25,921 nt of DNA from Gammaproteobacteria bacterium. Its GTDB lineage: Bacteria; Pseudomonadota; Gammaproteobacteria; UBA9339. Location: positions 1 to 25,921 of the forward strand of contig DAOVLX010000001.1 of the NCBI GenBank assembly GCA_030631035.1. The letters are read 5' to 3'. The notes beneath the pieces are model-generated. The model was not told the origin of the DNA. It was given only the letters and a program-made list of their open reading frames with translations, and did not search any database. Below, in pieces: positions 6,631-14,243 of this stretch (the stretch's first letter is position 1; every line of letters starts with the position of its first letter). The position numbers and the translations under genes were made by a program.

Positions 6631-7785
6631 ATGACCATGCCTACTTGCATCAATAATCCTGGCAGCGAGCTTCTATTGGTATTACGTCGATGGCAAGTAG
6701 ATATCTGTGATAACAACAAGTGCGCGGCAGCTGTTTTGTCATTTTTAATCTACTTTCATGATGTAAAAAGAGAAATGATCAGGAAGAATAAACAGGCAAA
6801 CGATTTGGCTGAATTACACGGGGATGAGCGCACCCAGGATGAGACCATTTATCAGTTTCACACCATAGAAGAGATCACTGAGCGCATTTTAGGATTATAT
6901 GGTAGGACAGCCATCAATGAGGGAATTAAGCTGCTCGAGAAGAAGGAAATCATATCTATCCACAGAAATCCCAATCCAAAATATAGCTTTGATAAAACCA
7001 GATACTTTTTATTGCATCCTGCTGTGTGTAACGAGTGGCTAGAAGAAAAATACAATAAAAACAATAGGTTCCAAAAGCGGCACATCGATGAGCCGGAAAA
7101 CGGTCATCGATCAACCGGAAATAGCACATCGATGAACCGGAAAACGGTTATCGATGAACCAGAAGTAGCAGATCGACAACCGCAAACCTGCGCACCGTCA
7201 ACCGGAAATAGTACAGCTATAACAAAGAATACATACAAAGAACAGATAGATAAAAAAATAGGCTCTGATAATAATTTTTCTGTGGATAACTCGGACGAAG
7301 CTACAGAAGCTTCTCCTGAGGTCAGAGCGGTTATCGATTATCTTGTTGAACATGGTATGCCTAGAAAGTTATTGACTCGTACAGATGATATATGCGCGAT
7401 TCAGACGATTTTAAAAGCAGGGGCAACACAGACAGATTTTGCTAATGCATTAGTCAAAGCGTATGTGGCTAAGGGAGAGGAAAAATTTGGGCTTTATTAT
7501 TTGCTTAAAATTATCAGTAATTTCTTAGAAGAGAGGAAACGTAGGCAAATATCGAAGCAGAAGCGGCGTGAGCTTCCTGAGGAGCATAGTGGTTCATTAT
7601 CAGTTAAAGATACTGTTCAACGCCCTAAGTTAGAAGATTTTACAGGTCGCACGCAAGAGCGCCCAAAAGTAGATCAGGCAACGATAGATGCATCATTGCG
7701 GGATATCAAATCAATTTTACAGAAAACCATAAAAAATAATTACGGAGGAAAAGATGATGTTGATTTTAACAAGAAGAGCAGGTGA
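6631..7785 (+). CDS. lvrA: LvrA-like winged-helix protein; probable phage-type replication initiator
   Basis: AGGAGG RBS; N-terminal domain ([21 protein letters not shown]...[16 protein letters not shown]) resembles Legionella vir-region LvrA as recalled; lies between a divergent repressor and csrA as in lvr modules; internal iteron-like repeats. Confidence 0.7.
   Translation: MTMPTCINNPGSELLLVLRRWQVDICDNNKCAAAVLSFLIYFHDVKREMIRKNKQANDLAELHGDERTQDETIYQFHTIEEITERILGLYGRTAINEGIKLLEKKEIISIHRNPNPKYSFDKTRYFLLHPAVCNEWLEEKYNKNNRFQKRHIDEPENGHRSTGNSTSMNRKTVIDEPEVADRQPQTCAPSTGNSTAITKNTYKEQIDKKIGSDNNFSVDNSDEATEASPEVRAVIDYLVEHGMPRKLLTRTDDICAIQTILKAGATQTDFANALVKAYVAKGEEKFGLYYLLKIISNFLEERKRRQISKQKRRELPEEHSGSLSVKDTVQRPKLEDFTGRTQERPKVDQATIDASLRDIKSILQKTIKNNYGGKDDVDFNKKSR
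7084..7214. repeat. Six degenerate 22-bp tandem repeats (iteron-like), consensus ATCGATgAACCGGAAA(A/T)(C/A)G...
   Basis: ATCGAT at 7084, 7106, 7128, 7150 and ATCGAC at 7172 (exact 22-bp spacing); sixth degenerate copy at ~7193 (TCAACCGGAAATAG). Confidence 0.9.
7281..7289 (-). promoter_or_regulatory. Perfect DnaA box (TTATCCACA on the minus strand)
   Basis: TGTGGATAA at 7281-7289, just after an A-rich strip following the 22-bp repeats; a one-mismatch box CTATCCACA lies at 6956-6964. Confidence 0.6.
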
Positions 7786-7969
7786 GACTGTCATGATTGG
7801 CAATAATGCTGAAATCACAGTAACAGTTTTGGGTATTAGAGGTAATCAGGTGCGTTTAGGAGTGCATGCACCAGCTGAGATTCCTGTGCATCGGGAGGAG
7901 ATATACGAACGTATCCAAACAGAGAACAACACAAACGGTAGAAAATATAAATTTGAAGATGATGAATAA
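7754..7969 (+). CDS. csrA: CsrA/RsmA family RNA-binding translational regulator (element-borne paralog, LvrC-like)
   Basis: [15 protein letters not shown]...VRLGVHAP...[11 protein letters not shown]; GGAGG RBS; start at 7754 or 7757; overlaps the upstream gene by ~30 nt. Confidence 0.97.
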   Translation: MMLILTRRAGETVMIGNNAEITVTVLGIRGNQVRLGVHAPAEIPVHREEIYERIQTENNTNGRKYKFEDDE

Positions 7970-8168
7970 TACCCAGAGAAATAAATCTAGTTGTGATTTA
8001 AGAGAAATTTATTTTGCTCTTAGACATGGGCGGTTGTGTGGCGCTGTTAGTGGAATATTAACAGCGTTGTGCAACTTTGTTCCACATAACTGCGTTGAGG
8101 GAAACTGCAGCTATTCTATGGCGCCATATTTCTCAAGAGGTATTTGGTTTTATGCTATTAACAATTAA
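7959..8168 (+). CDS. Possible small Cys-rich hypothetical protein (69 aa)
   Basis: The ATG overlaps the csrA 3' end and the stop lies just before the traT RBS, so the ORF fills the gap exactly; no recognisable family and a weak RBS. Confidence 0.3.
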   Translation: MMNNTQRNKSSCDLREIYFALRHGRLCGAVSGILTALCNFVPHNCVEGNCSYSMAPYFSRGIWFYAINN

Positions 8169-8181
8169 AAAGGGGAAAAAC

Positions 8182-8928
8182 GTGAAATTTTTAATCAAAC
8201 CAATAATCAAGCTAGTACTAATAAGTACATTACTGTCATTAATGGGCTGTGCGGCGGTTAACACTGCGGTAAGCAAACACGATTTAGATGTACAAACTAA
8301 AATGAGCGCATCAATATTTTTGGATCCAGTAGCTCCTAGTCAAAAGGTGGCTTATGTTGGAGTTCATAACACCTCTGGTCAGTCATTGGATGTCACCTCA
8401 GCAATTAAGTCAGATATAGAGGCAGAAGGGTATCGAATAACAGATGACCCCACTAAGGCCCATTATTTGCTGCAGGTTAACGTATTAAGGATAGGGAAGG
8501 CAGATAAGAGGGATTCCTCTAAATCTTTAGCACATGGCTATGGTGGGGCTATAACTGGTATGGCAATAGGCACAGGAACTGCAATAGCAGCAGGAGGAGA
8601 CACTGATACAGCTATAGCTGGAGGCCTTATTGGCGGTGCAGCAGGAAGTATTGCTGATGCTTTAGTTAAGGACCAAGTCTATACCATGGTTACTGATGTT
8701 CAGATATCAGAGCGTGCAGCCAAGGGACAGAAATTGCATAAGCATTCAACTTCAGTATTAAAGCAGGGTACTAGTGGTCAAGAGGTAATAACTGGAGGAG
8801 GTGATGCCCAGTGGATGCGATATAGAACCCGGGTAGTAAGCACAGCAGAGAAGGTAAATTTGAAGTTTGCTGATGCAAAACCTGTGTTAGAAAAAGAGCT
8901 GGCAAAATCAATCGCAGGTATTTTGTAA
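8182..8928 (+). CDS. traT: TraT-family surface exclusion/complement resistance lipoprotein
   Basis: GTG start after an AGGGG RBS (the track's 8077 start is probably too long); lipobox LMGC, then AAVNTAVSKHDLDVQTKMSASIFLDPV, a glycine-zipper region and RYRTRVVSTAEKVNLKF. Confidence 0.9.
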   Translation: MKFLIKPIIKLVLISTLLSLMGCAAVNTAVSKHDLDVQTKMSASIFLDPVAPSQKVAYVGVHNTSGQSLDVTSAIKSDIEAEGYRITDDPTKAHYLLQVNVLRIGKADKRDSSKSLAHGYGGAITGMAIGTGTAIAAGGDTDTAIAGGLIGGAAGSIADALVKDQVYTMVTDVQISERAAKGQKLHKHSTSVLKQGTSGQEVITGGGDAQWMRYRTRVVSTAEKVNLKFADAKPVLEKELAKSIAGIL

Positions 8929-8984
8929 ATGAGGGAAGATCAATCAATCCAGTTTTTTCCATTTTCACAAGCTAGAGTGAAGAT

Positions 8985-9419
8985 ATGAAGGCAAAGCAGA
9001 TGATATACATGTGGTGGTTTTTGTTATTGTTGTTGCCTGTGTTAGTTTTTGGTGCTGATGTTAGGGTAGGGCGTTATTTAAGTACAACCAGTGCCCCAAA
9101 GGCATCGCAGCAAAACCCACTAGAGCAGATATTTTCTTTAACCTTTCCGAATTCAATTAACACTATTGGTCAGGCCATGGATTATATTTTAAACAATACT
9201 AGCTATAAGTTAATGCCTAACGAATATCGTAGCGAAGATATAGCATCGTTGTTGGGTCAGCAATTACCACTTTCAGATAGACAGATAGGGCCTATTAGTG
9301 TTGATCAGGCTTTGCATGTATTAGCTGGCAGCTCTTATCAGATGCTGATTGATCCTAAACATCGTTATATCTCATTTATTCTAAAACCGACATTTAACAA
9401 TTTATATCCTATCAGGTAA
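8985..9419 (+). CDS. pilL: PilL-like ICE protein (PFGI-1 class)
   Basis: Signal peptide; RVGRYL...QQNPLEQI...TIGQAMDYILNNTSYKL...RQIGPISVDQALHVLAG pattern. Confidence 0.8.
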   Translation: MKAKQMIYMWWFLLLLLPVLVFGADVRVGRYLSTTSAPKASQQNPLEQIFSLTFPNSINTIGQAMDYILNNTSYKLMPNEYRSEDIASLLGQQLPLSDRQIGPISVDQALHVLAGSSYQMLIDPKHRYISFILKPTFNNLYPIR

Positions 9420-9425
9420 CGCACT

Positions 9426-10322
9426 ATGGAAAATAATCAGATACAAGAAACACAAGAAATAGAAAAAGACAAAAAACCGTCAAAATTAAAGCTAGCTGTT
9501 ACTTTTGTTAAAGCTTGGTTTAATAGGATTTGGAGTTTTTCCAAAAGAGTCGTTAGAAGAATTATGACGCAAATTTGGGGTTTTTGTAAAAAACGACCTA
9601 TTTATAGCGGTATTATCATAACAATTGTGATTCTAGCTGTTGTTCTATGTTGTTTATTTGTTCCCATTTTTCATGGACGGAATGACTTACACAATACCTT
9701 ATGGGATAGCGCCAGTGTGACTAATAAACAGGATGTTGCGTCGTTAAAAATTGCAAAAGAGATGCAGCAAAAAGAACATAATCAACAGTTGACTAAAGAG
9801 CTAGAACAGAAACTTAATGCAATTCAGCAAGAGGTTAATCAGTCTCATCAACTATCAACCCAGAGTGTAGAGCAGCTGGAGCAACAGATTACAGCCTTGA
9901 CGCAAGATATAGCTGATATCAAGCAAAATGCGAAGGAGGCAAAGGATAGTGCCAGGCAAAGCGTTCAAACAACACAGCAGCATTATCACGAGTCTAAAAA
10001 ACAGGTAGCAAAGGTTGTTTCTCAATTACAAGAGATCCACAAACAGCTTGAGCCCCAGAGATATTTACCACCAAGTATTTTGCCATTTGAAGTTGTTGGG
10101 TTGGATTTTTGGAATGGAAAAGCAATGATCACTGTTGCAGTTAAAGATGTTACAGGATCTGTGCATTATCGCTTGATGGGGCAGGGTATGCAGTTTGCCT
10201 GTCATAGTGTTAAGTTGAAAGATCCTGGTTGCACTAGTTGGTGGCTAGATAAAATTTCTCCAGACTCAAGCACAATTATTTTTAAGAACTCAACCGGTAA
10301 AAAAGTAAGAGTAGAGCTCTAA
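9426..10322 (+). CDS. ICE membrane-anchored coiled-coil protein (conserved gene after pilL)
   Basis: One TM segment, a long Gln/Glu-rich coiled coil, C-terminal LPFEVVGLDFWNG beta-domain; position after pilL. Confidence 0.7.
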   Translation: MENNQIQETQEIEKDKKPSKLKLAVTFVKAWFNRIWSFSKRVVRRIMTQIWGFCKKRPIYSGIIITIVILAVVLCCLFVPIFHGRNDLHNTLWDSASVTNKQDVASLKIAKEMQQKEHNQQLTKELEQKLNAIQQEVNQSHQLSTQSVEQLEQQITALTQDIADIKQNAKEAKDSARQSVQTTQQHYHESKKQVAKVVSQLQEIHKQLEPQRYLPPSILPFEVVGLDFWNGKAMITVAVKDVTGSVHYRLMGQGMQFACHSVKLKDPGCTSWWLDKISPDSSTIIFKNSTGKKVRVEL

Positions 10323-10558
10323 TGATAGATAAAATCAAGAGAACAATAGGTTTTGCAATGATGTTGTTACTGACAACTGCTGTTACGGGTTGTGCCTCAA
10401 TAAAGAAGTCTCATACAGAATTTACAGCATTACAGCTTGCCTGTGTCAGCTCTCCAGTTTTATATACCAATTTACAGAAACCTGAATTACAGAGGGTTTA
10501 TTTGCTGTCAAATGGGAATGATTGCACTCAGTTTTACAGGGCGGATTATTATGTATAA
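10322..10558 (+). CDS. Small lipoprotein, hypothetical
   Basis: Lipobox VTGC after a signal peptide; start and stop overlap both neighbours. Confidence 0.7.
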   Translation: MIDKIKRTIGFAMMLLLTTAVTGCASIKKSHTEFTALQLACVSSPVLYTNLQKPELQRVYLLSNGNDCTQFYRADYYV

Positions 10559-11366
10559 AAGGTTGGCACCACTTATAGTATTGATTTTTATCTGTTCTGG
10601 CTGTTTTGCATCTGAAAAAGAAGACGTACAAAAGACAGAGTATACCAAGATGCCTTTGTTAAATGTGATAGGAGGCAATAAAAAAGACGATTTTACTCAG
10701 TTTCAGAATTTAACTGCAAAACAGAAGCACACTATGGCAAAGGAGTGGGGACTTAGTCCAGAGCAATATACCAAATATCTCTATTATATAAATTATACTC
10801 CAGATGCTACAACAGTTGATAAAAATACTACTAGTCCATTATTAGTTTTAGCGATGCATGCTCAAAATAAAGCTCAATATGATGGTTATATAAAACAAGC
10901 TGTTATTATCGAACATAATGAGATGGCACGTTTTTTGCAGGTGCAGCATGATTTTACCAAAATGGTGCATCAGCTTTATCCAAAGCAATATCCGATAACG
11001 GCATCATGGATGAAAACCAGTGAACTACAAGCTGGAGATGTAGTACAGCTTTTTTGTAATACCCATAATCAGACTTGTAGTAATGTATTAGGCGCTATTT
11101 TGCCGAAAATTCGTAAAGTATCTGGTGCCAGAATTGATATATTTGCAGTTAATAAGCCAACTGCTACACAAATAGTAGAATTTGGTAAAAAGAATAAGAT
11201 CAGCAAGAAAGAGGTGCAGAGTAAGAAAGTTACCCTAAATTTTGGGGATAAGGCGTTTAATTTATTAGAAGGAGAGACCCATAAAAAATTGTCATTACCA
11301 TTTATTGTAGTAAGACGTAATGGTAAGGAGGTAGCAGTTAATTTAGGGGATAGACATGGCGCCTAA
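10551..11366 (+). CDS. ICE protein, TIGR03759 (PFL_4693)-like
   Basis: Start reassigned to ATG 10551 (signal peptide MYKRLAPLIVLIFICSGCFA); AKEWGLSPEQYTKY...PLLVLAM...QLYP pattern. Confidence 0.75.
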   Translation: MYKRLAPLIVLIFICSGCFASEKEDVQKTEYTKMPLLNVIGGNKKDDFTQFQNLTAKQKHTMAKEWGLSPEQYTKYLYYINYTPDATTVDKNTTSPLLVLAMHAQNKAQYDGYIKQAVIIEHNEMARFLQVQHDFTKMVHQLYPKQYPITASWMKTSELQAGDVVQLFCNTHNQTCSNVLGAILPKIRKVSGARIDIFAVNKPTATQIVEFGKKNKISKKEVQSKKVTLNFGDKAFNLLEGETHKKLSLPFIVVRRNGKEVAVNLGDRHGA

Positions 11367-11853
11367 TATAGCAACTATCACCTGTTTACTTGTTGTTAGT
11401 GGCCCTGTTTTTGCTTTTACTAAAATTATAGCAACTGTGGGTCCAACTACCGACATAAAACCATATATGCAAGTAATTCAAGGTAGTCAGTCACAACGAT
11501 CCAAAAGTTTGGATCCTAAAAAATCATATAGATTTAGTTATAAGACAGACTCCAAAGAGTTAACACCTGGCATAGTAAAAACTCGGAAAATCAATAATCC
11601 AATGCTAAAAGAACCAATTTTTATAGTTGGAGACGATGATCTTTCTATGAAATGGCTGGATAAATATGCGAGTAAACTAAAAACAATCAAGGCGATTGGA
11701 GTCATTGTAAATATAAAAGATAGTAATGATTATCATAAGATTACTAATAAATATGGCCTTCCTCTATTATCTGTCAACGGTGATGGTATAGCCAAAAGTC
11801 TTGGTATTAGGCATTACCCGGTATTAATTGGCCAGCATGTAATTGAGCAATGA
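11356..11853 (+). CDS. ICE protein, TIGR03765 (PFL_4695)-like
   Basis: PIFIVGDDDLSMKWL...GVIVNI...GDGIAKSLGIRHYPVLI...IEQ pattern. Confidence 0.85.
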   Translation: MAPNIATITCLLVVSGPVFAFTKIIATVGPTTDIKPYMQVIQGSQSQRSKSLDPKKSYRFSYKTDSKELTPGIVKTRKINNPMLKEPIFIVGDDDLSMKWLDKYASKLKTIKAIGVIVNIKDSNDYHKITNKYGLPLLSVNGDGIAKSLGIRHYPVLIGQHVIEQ

Positions 11854-12179
11854 AGATGAAATTTATAAAGAAGACCATACTAATTTTATTAATCGGAGTA
11901 AGCATGAATGCATTTGCTGATCCTTTTCAAGAGAATATTGAATTAGCACAAATCAGTAATGTATTAAATGCGGTTTATCCTCTTATTGCTGAGGCAGAAA
12001 AGGAAGCTGATCCTAATGCCAGAGTTAAGTTTCACTATGATTGGCTGCAACAGGATATTCAGGGTATACAAAGTGGAATAGCGCAAAAGATTAATGCAGC
12101 CAAGATTGAACCAAGAGTAGTTAAACCGCTGAAATCTTCTTTTATTACTCAACAGAATGTTAATAGGGGAGGAGAGTAA
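11850..12179 (+). CDS. RAQPRD-family ICE protein (TIGR01690-like)
   Basis: Signal peptide; VKFHYDWLQQDIQGIQSGIAQKINAAKIEPR corresponds to the family C-terminal motif. Confidence 0.8.
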   Translation: MKMKFIKKTILILLIGVSMNAFADPFQENIELAQISNVLNAVYPLIAEAEKEADPNARVKFHYDWLQQDIQGIQSGIAQKINAAKIEPRVVKPLKSSFITQQNVNRGGE

Positions 12180-12415
12180 TGTCGCTATCTGCTTTTGAAG
12201 ATGGTTCAGGACTTAGTGCTGTTTGGTTTAATCATTGGGTAGTTGGGCTAACTGGAACGCTGGTCATTGTTACTGCAGCAGCTTTAGTGACGCTTTTGGC
12301 GCATCGCTTAGAGATTGTAGAGGACGCAAGTCGTATGTGGATAGTTGGCTATATTCTGTTTGTAATCATGATGGTGTTTGTTTTTCTTGGGTTTTTAAAT
12401 AATTTTTGGAGATGA
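12179..12415 (+). CDS. Small ICE membrane protein, TIGR03758-like
   Basis: AFEDGSGLS N-terminus, two TM helices, position after the RAQPRD gene. Confidence 0.7.
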   Translation: MSLSAFEDGSGLSAVWFNHWVVGLTGTLVIVTAAALVTLLAHRLEIVEDASRMWIVGYILFVIMMVFVFLGFLNNFWR

Positions 12416-12422
12416 GAAGTAA

Positions 12423-12806
12423 ATGAAATGCATTAAAAAAATAAATCAGCTTTTTTTAAATATAAGTTTGCGGCCATATATCTGGCTTACTTTATTGCTC
12501 AATAGCACCCTGGCTTTTGCCAGTGATAGCCCATTTGGGAATATGAATATAGATCCATCTGATTTAGAAAAGACAGCAGGGGACACTACTAGCTCGACCT
12601 TGCAATATATCATTTTAGGTATAGGGGTGTTTTTGTGTGCAGTATGCGCTATGAATCTTATAAAAATAGCTTCTCGCTCTGCCGAAGAGAAGCAGGAGCA
12701 TGGCAATAGTTTGATTGGGATTCTAGTGGTAATTTTTTGTGGTTTTCTTGGGTTAGCCTTGATTGCTATAGGCTGGAGCGGTGCGAGTAATACTATTAGT
12801 ACATAA
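12423..12806 (+). CDS. ICE membrane protein, TIGR03745-like (candidate pilin, VirB2-like topology)
   Basis: Signal-like leader ending LAFA plus two hydrophobic helices; syntenic position. Confidence 0.65.
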   Translation: MKCIKKINQLFLNISLRPYIWLTLLLNSTLAFASDSPFGNMNIDPSDLEKTAGDTTSSTLQYIILGIGVFLCAVCAMNLIKIASRSAEEKQEHGNSLIGILVVIFCGFLGLALIAIGWSGASNTIST

Positions 12807-12861
12807 TCATCAATTTTTAATAAAGAACAAATTGAGTATTTGTTAATTAGAGGGGTTCATC

Positions 12862-13203
12862 ATGACAAAAAAGATATCAGGTAATTCTAAAGTAGTTAAT
12901 ATAGGAAAAACTCTTGATTTGATTATGAGTGGCCCTAATTACAGACAGAAAATAGCTTGTTTTTTAGGCGATAATTTTCCAGGAGTATATTTTACCCCAA
13001 GAGAAGCAGCCTGCATGATGCGATTACTTCAAGGGAAGAGTATGCGTGGTATCGCTGAGGAACTAAATTTATCACCTAGGACAGTAGAGTTTTATACTGA
13101 AAATATGAGAGGAAAATTGAGTTGCAAGTCAAAATTTGAATTAATAGATTTTGTTAAAAAAAGTGATTTTTTGCAGAATTACAAATCTAAGGATACAGAT
13201 TAG
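12862..13203 (+). CDS. LuxR/GerE-type HTH transcriptional regulator without a receiver domain
   Basis: FTPREAACMMRLLQGKSMRGIAEELNLSPRTVEFYTENMRGKLSCKSKFELI; AGAGGGG RBS. Confidence 0.92.
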   Translation: MTKKISGNSKVVNIGKTLDLIMSGPNYRQKIACFLGDNFPGVYFTPREAACMMRLLQGKSMRGIAEELNLSPRTVEFYTENMRGKLSCKSKFELIDFVKKSDFLQNYKSKDTD

Positions 13204-13225
13204 TATTTGGAGAGTGAATTAGAGT

Positions 13226-13579
13226 ATGGCAGAACTAGATCTTTTGGTTAATAGATTAAACTTTGACCCAGTTATTTTTAAAGGCTGCAGTGAAAGAGAG
13301 CTCTATTTCACTATTATTGGAGTTTCTTTGCCAATTTGTGCGATTTTTGGACTTTTTGGCTATTTAGCCTGGAGTAATATTTTTTATGGGATTTTGATAG
13401 GGGCAGTTTTAAGTTTGGCAGTAGTATTTTTTGCCTTAGGGATTGTGGAGAAAATTAAGCGGGATAAGGAGCCAGGTTATGTGCAGCAGTTAATAACATT
13501 TAAACTGGAACAAAAAGGTTTTATCAAAACGCCAATAATTAGACGATCTGGGATCTGGATGATTGGGAGATATTTATGA
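13226..13579 (+). CDS. ICE conjugative transfer region protein, TIGR03750-like
   Basis: NRLNFDPVIFKGCSEREL, two TM helices, KRDKEPGYVQQ. Confidence 0.85.
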   Translation: MAELDLLVNRLNFDPVIFKGCSERELYFTIIGVSLPICAIFGLFGYLAWSNIFYGILIGAVLSLAVVFFALGIVEKIKRDKEPGYVQQLITFKLEQKGFIKTPIIRRSGIWMIGRYL

Positions 13580-14232
13580 GCCGATTTAAACATGCATTAG
13601 GCAATGCTCAATTAGCTATTATTTGTCTAGCATTTGCTCTAGTTTTATCTTTTGTATTGAATGTTTTTTTAGGGGTATTTTTGTTTAGAGTCCCAAATGA
13701 TATTACGGTTAATGTGCCACCGGCAATTCCAGCGTCCGGATTAAAAATCAAACCTGGAGAAATCAATTCTGCCAGGGTTTATGCGTTTACCTATTATATC
13801 TGGCAGGCATTACAAACCTGGCCTGTAAATGGAAAACATGACTATGTAGATAATATTAAGAAATTTGCGCCCTATTTGACGATGTCATTTCAGAACACCC
13901 TGAAAGAGGAGGGCAAAAAAATGGATGAACAGGGATTTTTATATAAACACCAGCAGATTACTTTTGGTGTGCTGGGTAGCTCTTTTTCTCCAAAAGAGGT
14001 GCGATATATTGGTAATGGAACCTGGCTGGTGCATCTTCGCATGCGTACTATTAATGCAGTGGCGCCACCTGAAGAAAATAAGAGCTTTAATGAATCCCAT
14101 ATTGCCATGGATGCAGAGACTAGTTTTGTGTTTAAAGTGGTGCGGTATGACTATTCTCCAGACAAGAACCACTGGGGTTTGGCAATTGCAGGGTATGCGG
14201 CACCACCACAAGTTAAAAAGGCGTACAAATAG
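13576..14232 (+). CDS. ICE protein, TIGR03746 (PFL_4703/DUF2895)-like
   Basis: One TM then PNDITVNVPP...VYAFTYYIWQALQTWP...DY...APYLT pattern. Confidence 0.85.
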   Translation: MSRFKHALGNAQLAIICLAFALVLSFVLNVFLGVFLFRVPNDITVNVPPAIPASGLKIKPGEINSARVYAFTYYIWQALQTWPVNGKHDYVDNIKKFAPYLTMSFQNTLKEEGKKMDEQGFLYKHQQITFGVLGSSFSPKEVRYIGNGTWLVHLRMRTINAVAPPEENKSFNESHIAMDAETSFVFKVVRYDYSPDKNHWGLAIAGYAAPPQVKKAYK

Positions 14233-14243
14233 AGAGGCATATT

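Noticed and set aside
7084-7214. CRISPR array or protein-level tandem repeat
   Set aside because: The repeats are contiguous with no unique spacers and there are no cas genes; the 22-nt period is not a multiple of 3, so the IDEPE/STGNST peptide echoes are by-products of the DNA repeat.
8077-8181. Extended TraT N-terminus from the track
   Set aside because: GTG 8182 has an RBS and gives a normal lipoprotein signal peptide; the upstream 35 codons would break it.
8929-8984. Intrinsic terminator after traT
   Set aside because: Only a weak GGAA/TTCC pairing, with no GC-rich stem followed by a U-tract.
10437-10550. Extended start of the TIGR03759-like gene
   Set aside because: It overlaps the lipoprotein gene by 120 nt; ATG 10551 gives a signal peptide and a typical 8-nt overlap.
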